From IMG/VR virus record IMGVR_UViG_3300011202_000008: 20,000 bases of DNA. One strand, written 5' to 3'. Origin of the DNA: an uncultured virus (IMG/VR IMGVR_UViG_3300011202_000008) (lineage: Duplodnaviria > Heunggongvirae > Uroviricota > Caudoviricetes). The first letter of the stretch is position 1. Every line of letters begins with the position of its first letter. The notes beneath the pieces are model-generated. The model did no database searches. It saw only the letters and a list, made by a program, of their open reading frames with translations, and was not told the origin of the DNA. The position numbers and the translations under genes are program-made. Of the stretch, positions 1 to 9,472 are shown in pieces.

Positions 1-1
1 A

Positions 2-622
2 GATTCTTTAATTATTGGTATTAATGCGGGGAATGTTGGATTTTTAACTCCTTATGAAATTAGTGATCTTAATAATGATTCTCTTTTTAAATTTTTAGAA
101 CCCGGCAGCAATCCTCGTATTGAAAAACGTTGTATTCTTGAATATGAATTTGAAGGTCAACGATTTGGTGCAGTCAATGAATATGCATTTACCGCTAATC
201 ATCCTAATAATGTAATTAGTTTTACTGTTGAATCTGAGATAGATGGTATTATAAGTAAAACAGGATTATATAAAGCTAATACATTGCTTTTATCTACACC
301 ATCTGGTTCTACGGCTTATAACATGAATGCTGGTGGCGCTATTGTAGACCCTTCTATGAGATCTATACAAATGCTTATGATTGCCCCTACGGTATTAGGG
401 AATAGACCTCTAATATTTAATGAAAAAGCGACATTACATGTTACCTTTACAACAGATATTGAAGTCTTTTCAGATGCTTTACTTACTTCTACTATTCCTG
501 CAGGTAAAACATTATCTATTGGATTAATGAAAAAAGACTCTAGGATTTTAGTTCCTGATGATTGGAATTTTTATAGCATTCTTAGTAAAAAACTTCATTG
601 GAATAATGGTAGAGATGTTTAA
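2..622 (+). CDS. nadK: NAD kinase, 5'-truncated by the window edge
   Basis: The frame is open from base 2: DSLIIGINAGNVGFLTP (GINxGxxGFL), then AVNEY (NE motif) and STPSGSTAYNMNAGG, ending ILSKKLHW. The ORF-track call 284..622 is only the C-terminal part. Confidence 0.92.
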   Translation, partial: DSLIIGINAGNVGFLTPYEISDLNNDSLFKFLEPGSNPRIEKRCILEYEFEGQRFGAVNEYAFTANHPNNVISFTVESEIDGIISKTGLYKANTLLLSTPSGSTAYNMNAGGAIVDPSMRSIQMLMIAPTVLGNRPLIFNEKATLHVTFTTDIEVFSDALLTSTIPAGKTLSIGLMKKDSRILVPDDWNFYSILSKKLHWNNGRDV

Positions 623-625
623 AAT

Positions 626-645
626 AAAAGCCCGTAAGGGCTTTT
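626..645. terminator. Bidirectional intrinsic terminator
   Basis: AAAAGCCC-GTAA-GGGCTTTT between convergent genes. Confidence 0.8.
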
Positions 646-1256
646 TAATCTTCATATTCTTCATAAAAGTCGTTATCGTTTTCTAAAGAATCTTTTATAA
701 AGCTATCGTAGTTTTTAATATCATCTTCAATATACGAAAAACCTTCATTTTCGAAAACGATAGGAAGATTATTTTTTTCTCTTAACTCTTTCATAACTTT
801 AATCAAATTAACAACTTCATCTTCATATTGCTTTCTTTCAAATGTTAAAATATATTCTTTATCTTTTTCTTCCAATAAACTCTTACTTTCATCTGATAAC
901 AAATTATCATAATGATGCTTATTCATCTTCCAGAAGATGTTATCTATTGTTTTGGATACTTTAATTGGAGACCAAATACCAGCACATCCCGGAATACCAC
1001 AAGAACAATTATAAATGTATAACGATTGTTCTTCCGATACCCTTTGAGAAAGATCTAAACTAATAACACAAACATTTCGCGGGATAAACTTTTTATCATT
1101 TACTTTTATATCTACGCTGAAAACATCATAAATCATTAGGTCTTCATCAGGATTCATGTATTCAGCATCTTTCGTGTTAGTAAAATCTAAATTTTTTAAT
1201 TTATAGTCCAACTTAAGTTTAGATATCATTATGCTCTCCGATTTTATAGATATCAT
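645..1256 (-). CDS. Hypothetical protein with CSCGxPGC Cys motif; start may be 1229
   Basis: 203-aa ORF. A GGAGAG SD-like sequence precedes the ATG at 1229. Confidence 0.7.
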   Translation of the reverse strand: MISIKSESIMISKLKLDYKLKNLDFTNTKDAEYMNPDEDLMIYDVFSVDIKVNDKKFIPRNVCVISLDLSQRVSEEQSLYIYNCSCGIPGCAGIWSPIKVSKTIDNIFWKMNKHHYDNLLSDESKSLLEEKDKEYILTFERKQYEDEVVNLIKVMKELREKNNLPIVFENEGFSYIEDDIKNYDSFIKDSLENDNDFYEEYED

Positions 1257-1349
1257 ATTGTATTATATTATTACCTTAATATCTACCTTTTTTTGATTTC
1301 ATATAACTAAAAATGATAGCATTAAACATAATAAAAAAGAGGACAAAAT

Positions 1350-1742
1350 ATGGGACTTTGTTTAAAATCAAATAAAAGCACAATGAATGTACGTATGCCT
1401 TATAGTGCTTTTAATCGAATGAGATACTTAATTCTTGCTTATGTACAAAATGAAAAATTAGAAACGGTAAGTAATAATGATTACCTTTATCATTTCCTTT
1501 CTGCCTATTCTGACGACTCCTATTCTTTTAAATATTTCATAGAACATAGTGATTGTGATGGTTCATGGAACAAAGAAAAAATAGATACTTTAATATCAGA
1601 GTTTAATGAGCATTATTCTCGAATAGTTGAACATAATAAAAAACATAATGATTTTCAAGATGGCTATGATGATGAAATACTTTTTATTCCTTTAATTAAA
1701 TTACTTAACGAAAGTAAAAATGGAAAAATAGTTTTTAGTTGA
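1350..1742 (+). CDS. Hypothetical protein with phage-like HSDCDG motif
   Basis: 130-aa ORF with GAGGA SD upstream and a hairpin downstream. Confidence 0.7.
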   Translation: MGLCLKSNKSTMNVRMPYSAFNRMRYLILAYVQNEKLETVSNNDYLYHFLSAYSDDSYSFKYFIEHSDCDGSWNKEKIDTLISEFNEHYSRIVEHNKKHNDFQDGYDDEILFIPLIKLLNESKNGKIVFS

Positions 1743-1777
1743 AAACAAAAAAGGAGACTTAACATCTCCTTTATTCA

Positions 1778-2071
1778 TTAAAAATCTTTTATTTTATATT
1801 CATATACTTTTAAGCTACATAAACCTTTATCTTTTCTCATTCTCCAAAACTCTAACAAAGCATCTTTAGTTTTATGAAGAGCAGTTACTATTTCAGCAGA
1901 TACAAATCCTGATTGTTTTAAGCTTTTATCTCTTTTCTCCATCAGCTCATATTCACTTTTTATGAGACTCTTTAAACTTTCAATTTTACGTTCATCTATT
2001 TCTAAATAACTTAAAAACTGAGCATTTATCTCAGCTATTTTTTTATCGTGATAATATACATTTAAATCCAT
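1778..2071 (-). CDS. Hypothetical protein
   Basis: 97-aa ORF with AGGAG SD upstream. Confidence 0.65.
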   Translation of the reverse strand: MDLNVYYHDKKIAEINAQFLSYLEIDERKIESLKSLIKSEYELMEKRDKSLKQSGFVSAEIVTALHKTKDALLEFWRMRKDKGLCSLKVYEYKIKDF

Positions 2072-2166
2072 AACAAACTCCTTAATATTCGCATGTATTT
2101 TAAATATATCACAATTAATTTTCGATTCAAATAAAAGCTGATATTTTTACGTATCAGCTTAATATT

Positions 2167-3375
2167 TTATTTCATCTTCCTACTTCTGATTATTGCAGGT
2201 TCTTTTTCGTTTTCCAATTTTGGTAGATCCAAATAAGCCAAACTATAATCTTGAAGTTTATTTCTTTCAAAATAAGTTATTAAATCTGGTTCTTTTCCTC
2301 TTAATGAGATTAATACAAAACCTTTTAATGGATTATCAGGCATTTCATTATTTATCTTCAAAGCAGCAGTCTTCATATCAAGACCTTTTAATAATTCAAC
2401 GTTTTCTGCTATATATGTTTCCATTTTATTTAGTTCTGCTAATACATTACTTTCTATCGATTCAAGTTTAGTAATATCATAACCATCTGTTTTTAAAGCA
2501 CCCTTTACATCATCAAGAGTGCCGTCTAAGAACATTTTAGCAACATCTCTTTCTCTTAATCCAGCTTCTGCTCTATGTTGGGCATTATACCAGTCACTTT
2601 TTATTTTAATCATTCTTCCATCATTAAATTGCATTACATATCCTTCAATGCCTTCAATAACTTTTAAATCTTCCAAAACAGAATCTATATCAAGTACACC
2701 TTTTTCTGTTTGCTTAAGATTTAATGGAGCTAACCTTCTAACATTGTGTTTCTCAACTAATGCTGTTAAGTCAGGATCATTAAATGGAATATAACTACCT
2801 GTTTTTATATGTCTTACATGAAGTAAAACAACATCCATTTTTTTATGACTAATAACTATCGTATTTTCAGGATCTGTAAACTCAAATACTGGAGTAAACT
2901 CATCAACTAATTCATTACAGAATTTTAGAATATTCTGATTTTCTGGTTTTGATAAAAATTGAGTTGCTCTTTTAGCTTCATTACTTAAAAAGCTTTTCTT
3001 TGTTTTTACAGCAAGATTACCATTAACCCTATGTAGGGAAATCATTGTTCCATCTATTTTATCCCAAATAGAGAAAATATCTGAAAATTTTACATTACTC
3101 TTTAATGTATCTTCTCTTTCTCCAAGATTGAAAAACTTATGCAGTGGTCTACCAATAATATTGCCAGTCTCTTTATCAAATGTAATACCCCTTGCCTCAC
3201 AAGCTAATGGATCTTTAAAAGTATTTCTGTCTGAAATATTGTAAGCTACAGATAATGTTCCAAGACCACTATCTATTAATCTTAATTCTGGTCTTGCTTC
3301 TAAAACAGGTTTCATTTGTGAAAGATTTTCAATGTATGGAAAATCCGTTTCTGGCACTTTAATTTTTATAGTCAT
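2167..3375 (-). CDS. T4 Rnl1-like RNA ligase
   Basis: EARGITF, KFFNLGE, nucleotidyltransferase motif I KIDGT, FEF, EGIEGYVM and KIKSDWY match the Rnl1 motif order. Confidence 0.9.
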   Translation of the reverse strand: MTIKIKVPETDFPYIENLSQMKPVLEARPELRLIDSGLGTLSVAYNISDRNTFKDPLACEARGITFDKETGNIIGRPLHKFFNLGEREDTLKSNVKFSDIFSIWDKIDGTMISLHRVNGNLAVKTKKSFLSNEAKRATQFLSKPENQNILKFCNELVDEFTPVFEFTDPENTIVISHKKMDVVLLHVRHIKTGSYIPFNDPDLTALVEKHNVRRLAPLNLKQTEKGVLDIDSVLEDLKVIEGIEGYVMQFNDGRMIKIKSDWYNAQHRAEAGLRERDVAKMFLDGTLDDVKGALKTDGYDITKLESIESNVLAELNKMETYIAENVELLKGLDMKTAALKINNEMPDNPLKGFVLISLRGKEPDLITYFERNKLQDYSLAYLDLPKLENEKEPAIIRSRKMK

Positions 3376-3499
3376 CTATTTATCCTTTTTAACATGATAT
3401 TTTACTATTATACTTGGTAAATTATTTTTCGTATAGCATTAAAACAAAAAAGCCCGAAATTTCTATTTCAGGCTTTAGGTATTTTTTAACTTGAATATT

Positions 3500-3802
3500 C
3501 TATTTAGAGAGTTTAGAATGAAGAATAAAACCAACTTCTGTTATATTTGTTTTTATACCTTGTCGCCACGATTCTTCAAAAATCAAATTCCACTCTTGCT
3601 TAAATGCCATTTCATTTAGCTTACTTTTACCTACACCTTTTAGAAAATTATGAACATCCTGTTTAAACTGCTTCATTATGATAACTTTATCATTTTTATT
3701 TAATGCCTTATCAAATCTATTTTGATGGAACCAACATAAAAAGTTCAGTTCTTCTGGATTTGTTTCTATCTTTGTATAATTTCTTAGTTTAGTATTGCTC
3801 AT
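3500..3802 (-). CDS. Hypothetical protein; likely start MSNTK at 3802
   Basis: ORF directly downstream of the MYG1-family gene, with GGAG SD before 3802. Confidence 0.6.
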   Translation of the reverse strand: MSNTKLRNYTKIETNPEELNFLCWFHQNRFDKALNKNDKVIIMKQFKQDVHNFLKGVGKSKLNEMAFKQEWNLIFEESWRQGIKTNITEVGFILHSKLSK

Positions 3803-3806
3803 ATTA

Positions 3807-4721
3807 TTACTCCGCCTTTTCAATATTAATAATGGTTTTTGCTAACTCTTTTACTTCCTGTTCTGAACCTTCTAAAACACAAATAAAACCACCTTTATGA
3901 CAAAAACGGAGATTAAAACCGGAGATATCTTTAAGTGCTTGCCCTTCTACTCCACACCATGCTTTAGGCATTCTTTGGCGAGAACTAAAGGGATCATTTA
4001 TATCAGAAGGAATAGATTTTACTGACCATTCCATTAACCCTTTTTCTTCATCTTTATAACCAGCAATATATAATTTTGCTTTTGATTTCTCTATAGCAAT
4101 ATCTCTACCACCCGGTAATGAATCATATACAATCAAAAAATCTTCATGATTACCATCAATACTTTCTTTAATAGCTTTCTCAATTTTTTCATTGTTTTCT
4201 TTTTCTAATTCAGCTTTAAAGATAAGATTATCAATATAATCTTCTGCTGCTCTTAAAGCTTTTCTAAACTGTTTATTTTCAATAGTTCTATCATCAGAAT
4301 GGTTGTAAGCTCTGAAAAACTTATTATCTTCCCAAATTTGTTTACCATTATCATGCTGATCAACAGTGTAAGCAAAATCTTCTAATTTCGAGATAGTATA
4401 ATCTGAAATAGATTTTAATTTTCCTTCTTTTTTTAGCCATCTAAAAATAAGACCGCAAGAAGATAATGGTCCACCATTTTCCCACACCAAGTTAGGATCC
4501 GATTGATGATGATCAAAGTTTAGTTTTTCAGAACTGTATTCACGACCAACATCAATAACAAAATCGTTACTGTTTTTGGCTACAGAAAGGATATTTTCAT
4601 CGCGGGTTCGAATAACGTTGAGGTCTTCCACAGAAACATCAAAATGAAATCTTGCTAACAAGGCAATGGCCATTAATTCATCAGCATGAAAAGAATCACA
4701 ATGGGTATAAATATTAATCAT
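3807..4721 (-). CDS. MYG1-family (UPF0160) metal-dependent hydrolase/exonuclease
   Basis: THCDSFHADE, IRTRD, DVG, FDHHQ, LSSCGL and FCHKGGF motifs. Confidence 0.88.
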   Translation of the reverse strand: MINIYTHCDSFHADELMAIALLARFHFDVSVEDLNVIRTRDENILSVAKNSNDFVIDVGREYSSEKLNFDHHQSDPNLVWENGGPLSSCGLIFRWLKKEGKLKSISDYTISKLEDFAYTVDQHDNGKQIWEDNKFFRAYNHSDDRTIENKQFRKALRAAEDYIDNLIFKAELEKENNEKIEKAIKESIDGNHEDFLIVYDSLPGGRDIAIEKSKAKLYIAGYKDEEKGLMEWSVKSIPSDINDPFSSRQRMPKAWCGVEGQALKDISGFNLRFCHKGGFICVLEGSEQEVKELAKTIINIEKAE

Positions 4722-4822
4722 TAAAATAAGACTCCTTATTATGTTACTTCTAATATTACATTAAAATAAGTGTAACAAAAGTCTTAGTTACTTACAACAA
4801 ATATTTTTCCAGTTTTTTCCAA

Positions 4823-4848
4823 AAAAAAAGCAACCCGCAGGTTGCTTC
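4823..4848 (-). terminator. Intrinsic terminator after the second Nudix gene
   Basis: AAGCAACC-CGCA-GGTTGCTT hairpin with an A-run on + (U-tract on -). Confidence 0.7.
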
Positions 4849-4863
4849 ACATTTTTCTAATAT

Positions 4864-5445
4864 TTATTTTTTAGTTGCCATATACCAATAAAGAGCAATA
4901 TTATTTGTTCCAGCGTTTAACTTACCTTCTTTTAACATTTTAAATGCTTCGTCAACAGAACATGTATAAATCTCAATCAATTCATCTTCTGTAGAACAAC
5001 CAGCATACTCTGGAAGATTACTCAAATCAGCTTCCGCATAATAAAGACTAACTTTCTCACTACAAGCACCACAAGAAGGGTAATACTCAGAAATAAACTC
5101 AATGTTATGAAGTTCAGTAACACCAGCTTCTTCCATACTTTCACGTTTGATAGTTTCTACTGGATCTTCATTACCATCCAACATGCCAGCGACAACTTCA
5201 TACATCCACGGCTGACCATTAGCATAGCTACCCGGACGAAACTGCTTAGTAAATAAAAATGTTTCTGTTTTAGGATCTTTAATCAGAACAGCAGCAGCAT
5301 GACCACGATTAATCAACTCTCGTGTAAAAGGCTTAGTCCAGCTACCATCAGGCAGCTCTTGAGTAAGAGTTAACTTATCTACTTTAATAAAACCAGCATA
5401 GGCACGTTCTTTTGCTACTTCTTGAAAACCGAGTTGTTTAGTCAT
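4864..5445 (-). CDS. nudF: ADP-ribose pyrophosphatase-like Nudix hydrolase (NudF family), copy 2
   Basis: Nudix box GMLDGNEDPVETIKRESMEEAGV, plus RGHAAAV, QFRPG and EDELIE. Confidence 0.85.
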   Translation of the reverse strand: MTKQLGFQEVAKERAYAGFIKVDKLTLTQELPDGSWTKPFTRELINRGHAAAVLIKDPKTETFLFTKQFRPGSYANGQPWMYEVVAGMLDGNEDPVETIKRESMEEAGVTELHNIEFISEYYPSCGACSEKVSLYYAEADLSNLPEYAGCSTEDELIEIYTCSVDEAFKMLKEGKLNAGTNNIALYWYMATKK

Positions 5446-5555
5446 TTTTATTTACCTTTTTTATTATCCTCTATAGTTATTGATAATAATACAATAAGTA
5501 AGATAAAGCAAGTTTTATTTGCATTTAATGTAAAAAAAGAGGCTCCCATAGCCTC

Positions 5556-6152
5556 TTATATTTTTCCAAGCAATCTTTCTTTCATTAACCAATACAAAGC
5601 CGCATGTCCATTTGCTGTTCCAAATTTTCCTTTTTCAAGCCATTTAAAAGCTTCATCAACTGATATCAAAAGTGTTTCAATAACTTCATGTTCTTCTGGA
5701 CAACCTCCATATTCAGGAACATTACTTAAATCAGCTTCTGCATAATATAAAAATACTTTTTCAGAGCAGCCCCCACAAGATGGATAATATTGAGAAACTT
5801 CTTTTATATTCTTTAGATTTTCTATACCAGCTTCTTCTTTTGCTTCTCTTCTAAGAGCTGTTATTCTATCCTCATCAGGATCTATTAATCCTGCGACCAT
5901 TTCATAAATCCAAGGTTCATTTTGGATATATGATCCAGCTCTTAATTGTTTCGTAAATAATAGAGTGTCTGTTTTAGGATCTCTAATTAATACAGCTACA
6001 GCATTTCTTCTATATATTACTTCTCTGCTGAACTCTTCTGTCCATATTCCAAACACATCTTCTTGTTTAAAATAGATCTTATCTATTGCTAAAAAACCTT
6101 TATATACTCTTTCTCTTTTTATCTCTTTAAACTTCAAATCATTATTATTCAT
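5556..6152 (-). CDS. nudF: ADP-ribose pyrophosphatase-like Nudix hydrolase (NudF family), copy 1
   Basis: Nudix box GLIDPDEDRITALRREAKEEAGI; clear paralog of 4864-5445. Confidence 0.85.
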   Translation of the reverse strand: MNNNDLKFKEIKRERVYKGFLAIDKIYFKQEDVFGIWTEEFSREVIYRRNAVAVLIRDPKTDTLLFTKQLRAGSYIQNEPWIYEMVAGLIDPDEDRITALRREAKEEAGIENLKNIKEVSQYYPSCGGCSEKVFLYYAEADLSNVPEYGGCPEEHEVIETLLISVDEAFKWLEKGKFGTANGHAALYWLMKERLLGKI

Positions 6153-6221
6153 TAATTGAAAATCCTATTTATCCTTAAAAATCCTTATTTTAAATTATAA
6201 CAGATTCTTAATCTGATAAAA

Positions 6222-6467
6222 CTATAATTTTATAATATTACTTACATATTCATTATTTTTTTCTATTTTGTATTTTATATTATTTTCTTTTAGTAAAAGA
6301 GATATACTATCAATATAATTTATAGGTACTTCGAAAACTTCCCTTGTTTCTCCATCTATTATTTTTTTCACTATAAATCTTATCGCTATATTTTGTTCTA
6401 TTTGTGGTTCTAAATTTACAACAATCTCTAGTTTATCTTTAATCAGATCTTTAATTAACATACTCAC
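6222..6467 (-). CDS. Hypothetical protein
   Basis: 81-aa ORF with AGGA SD; GTG or nearby ATG start. Confidence 0.5.
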   Translation of the reverse strand: MSMLIKDLIKDKLEIVVNLEPQIEQNIAIRFIVKKIIDGETREVFEVPINYIDSISLLLKENNIKYKIEKNNEYVSNIIKL

Positions 6468-6758
6468 TCCTATTTTTATTCATAATATAATATGTATTTA
6501 TTAAAAGCAAAAACTCATACTTTAATTATTTTAACGTTTTTGAAGCAGTATTCATATACAATCATTTTTACTCATAAATAATCACTTAATGATTAACAAA
6601 AAATCAGAAGTCTTTATTTTTAATCAATAAATAAAAAAATATATAAAACATAAAGTTATATAGACCGAATAGCATAAAAAATTGGATTTTTACATTTTGA
6701 TACATATACTAAAAATTTAAAGAATATATCATATATTTTTAAACCATTAGGAGTTCTT

Positions 6759-8285
6759 ATGTATTTAAATTATAAAAAAGGTTTTAGTCTATTAGAATTG
6801 ATTTTAGTATTAGGTGTAGGGATCGCATTTGCTTTTATGAGATTTCAGGAAATGTTACAGCAACAAGACGAAATAAGAGCAAGCGTATCTGGAAAACAAA
6901 TAAAACAAATAGGTGATGCTACAAATGGTTATATTTCTTTAAGATATGATAAAATTTCATCATTATCTAATGCAGCAGGAAACGGTACCGATCCGGGGCC
7001 AAGAAACTGTTCTGGAAATATCTGTACTATAACATATCAAACTTTGGTTAATGAAGGTCTTCTTCCTTCAACATATGTTGCTAAGAATGGTTTTGGATCT
7101 GGATATAATATTCAAATTAGCCGTTCAGGTATCAGTCCTAACTATATCATAGATGGTGTAGTATTAACCAATGCTGCTTGGGTTGAAGGCGGTAAAGTTC
7201 GGTATGATCTGTTGGGTAAAGCTATGCAGTCAGCAGGGATTGACAGTGGGGTAAGTAAAAATACAACCACTGTAAATGGGTATGGTGGTGGATGGAGTTC
7301 GTCTTCTTCGACCTATTCTTTAATAAATAAAACTGGATTATTAGCTTATCGTACAGGATATAACTCTTTTGCTTATTCTGCTTATTTAAGACGTGATGGC
7401 ACACTCCCTATGACCGGAAATCTTGATATGGGGGCCAATGATATCAATAATGCTAAAAATATTACAGCTTCTGGTAACGCATCCTTTGGGGGAACTGGAA
7501 ACTTTATAGGAAATTTAATAACAATGGGGAGCGTTTTAGCAGCAAAAGAGCTAATAGCTCATAATGGTTATGGTGATGCTATTTATTTTGGTGGAGACAC
7601 GGCAAACAATGATTATGAAATACGTTTAGGAGCACCTAAACAACTTACTATATATTCACCATCAGCAGGAAATTATACTACCGTATTACAAGTTAATAGA
7701 AACGTCAAAATAGATCAAAGACTTGGATTAATGGGATACGATCCCAATGATATACCTATTGGATGGAATGGAGGCTTACGAACAGTTGATGTTTATGCTG
7801 AAGGAGCTATTGGAATAAAAAGAGCCAATGGTTCAGGAAATAGTGATTTAGCTTTTTCTGCTAACAATGATGGTAATGTTTTCTCATCTGGTAATATTAC
7901 TACAAATCAAAGAGTTATAGCTAATGATATTCAAATTAAAAAAATATACTCTGTCGGCTCACCATGCACTCCAAATGGTCTTATTGGCATTAGTAGTGAT
8001 GGTAACTCATTATCCTGTATTAACGGTTTATGGCAGAAAATATCTTTTAATTATTCTCAATATGAACTTACATACACTGCGCCTACAGAAGGAACTCAAG
8101 ATATTATTCAAACTAAAGTTATGGGCAAACATTTAGTTTGTTTTTTAACTGGAGATCAACATAATCCGGGGCTTCAAAAACACTCTTTAGTCTTTAGAAA
8201 TGGCGATGAGTGGATTTTAGAACAGAGAATGATAAAATGGCCTGCCCAAATCATAACATGGGCAAAAGCCACCTGCATTGACTAA
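6759..8285 (+). CDS. pilV: PilV-like type IVb pilus tip adhesin (shufflon N-terminal domain) with an unassigned C-terminal tip
   Basis: Prepilin motif KKG/FSLLEL, YLRRDGTLPMTGNLDM, and the C-x-PNG...LSCINGLW junction typical of PilV. Confidence 0.85.
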   Translation: MYLNYKKGFSLLELILVLGVGIAFAFMRFQEMLQQQDEIRASVSGKQIKQIGDATNGYISLRYDKISSLSNAAGNGTDPGPRNCSGNICTITYQTLVNEGLLPSTYVAKNGFGSGYNIQISRSGISPNYIIDGVVLTNAAWVEGGKVRYDLLGKAMQSAGIDSGVSKNTTTVNGYGGGWSSSSSTYSLINKTGLLAYRTGYNSFAYSAYLRRDGTLPMTGNLDMGANDINNAKNITASGNASFGGTGNFIGNLITMGSVLAAKELIAHNGYGDAIYFGGDTANNDYEIRLGAPKQLTIYSPSAGNYTTVLQVNRNVKIDQRLGLMGYDPNDIPIGWNGGLRTVDVYAEGAIGIKRANGSGNSDLAFSANNDGNVFSSGNITTNQRVIANDIQIKKIYSVGSPCTPNGLIGISSDGNSLSCINGLWQKISFNYSQYELTYTAPTEGTQDIIQTKVMGKHLVCFLTGDQHNPGLQKHSLVFRNGDEWILEQRMIKWPAQIITWAKATCID

Positions 8286-8307
8286 AATAAAGATGGAAAG
8301 GACTCCA

Positions 8308-8586
8308 TTAATGTTGTACTGACATAAAAGATTGAAGAACCAATCCTAACTCTTTCAGTTTTCCACTTGAACGTAACTGATATACAAGATCTAACTGTTT
8401 ATTATCTATTTTTCTTCTTCCACTATCAACTAAACCATTAAGATACCCATGATAAAAACTTCTTGTATAAAGATGAGGCGAAGGGAGTTCTTCCCCCTTA
8501 ATACCTGACATATAACCCTTTACACATTCTTCGTCATCGATCTTATCATAATCTTCAATTGTTTCTATTTGTTTATACTCGCCCAT
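8308..8586 (-). CDS. Hypothetical protein
   Basis: 92-aa ORF with GGAG SD upstream. Confidence 0.65.
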   Translation of the reverse strand: MGEYKQIETIEDYDKIDDEECVKGYMSGIKGEELPSPHLYTRSFYHGYLNGLVDSGRRKIDNKQLDLVYQLRSSGKLKELGLVLQSFMSVQH

Positions 8587-8644
8587 GTTTTTCCTCCAGA
8601 TGATTTTTACTATAATATCATTTTTATCTACTGAAACACAAGGT

Positions 8645-8673
8645 TTGAATTTAATAAGACTTTTTGCTATACT
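8645..8673 (+). promoter_or_regulatory. Sigma70-like promoter of the metallophosphoesterase gene
   Basis: TTGAAT-17 nt-TATACT with an extended -10 TG. Confidence 0.55.
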
Positions 8674-8702
8674 GACTATCTGTTAAAAAAGAGATTTAAA
8701 AT

Positions 8703-9443
8703 ATGAATATTCAAATTATGAGTGATTTACATTTAGAGCATGATAACCGTTTTATTTTCAAAAAAGCGGAAAATGCTGACATCTTAATTTTAGCAGGAGA
8801 TATCGGCTCTTATACTTTTCAGTCTGATTTTGTTCGTGAGTGTGCTTCTCAGATTACTACTATCATGATTATGGGAAACCATGAACCTCTAGGTTATTCT
8901 ATCAAAGAAACAGTTGAGGCATGGAAAGCTTTAAACATTCCTAACCTTTACATTCTTGATAATGAAACTATAGAGATTAATGGAGTTCATTTTATTGGCT
9001 CTACTTTATGGAGTAATATAAATGCCGATCCGATTAATCAGATTGCAATCATGGATACTTTCTGCGATTTCAAAAAGATTTTTAATGAGGTAAAAACAGA
9101 TTTAATATCCATTGCTGACTATCAAAGAGAGTTTGAAAAGAGCCTTTATTTCATTGAAAATGAATTAGCTAAAAATTATACAAAGAAGGTGCTTATTACA
9201 CATCATCTTCCTACTTTAAGCAGTATCTCTGATAGATTTATTAACTCTCCATTCAATGCAGGAATGGCATCCAATCTATCTAACTTATTACTGTATAGTG
9301 ATAACTTAGTTTTAGTAATTCATGGACATACTCATGATTATATGGATTATATGTTAGGTGATACGGTTAGGATTGTTTGTAATCCTCGTGGTTATCATGG
9401 AGAAAATAAACAATTTAATCCTTTAAAAGTCGTTAGTATTTAA
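8703..9443 (+). CDS. Calcineurin-like metallophosphoesterase
   Basis: SDLH, AGDI, GNHE, THH, HGHTH and NPRGY motifs. Confidence 0.92.
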   Translation: MNIQIMSDLHLEHDNRFIFKKAENADILILAGDIGSYTFQSDFVRECASQITTIMIMGNHEPLGYSIKETVEAWKALNIPNLYILDNETIEINGVHFIGSTLWSNINADPINQIAIMDTFCDFKKIFNEVKTDLISIADYQREFEKSLYFIENELAKNYTKKVLITHHLPTLSSISDRFINSPFNAGMASNLSNLLLYSDNLVLVIHGHTHDYMDYMLGDTVRIVCNPRGYHGENKQFNPLKVVSI

Positions 9444-9445
9444 TT

Positions 9446-9469
9446 AAAAAGGAGGCTTTGCCTCCTTTT
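9446..9469. terminator. Bidirectional intrinsic terminator
   Basis: AAAAAGGAGGC-TTT-GCCTCCTTTTT between convergent genes. Confidence 0.8.
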
Positions 9470-9472
9470 ATT

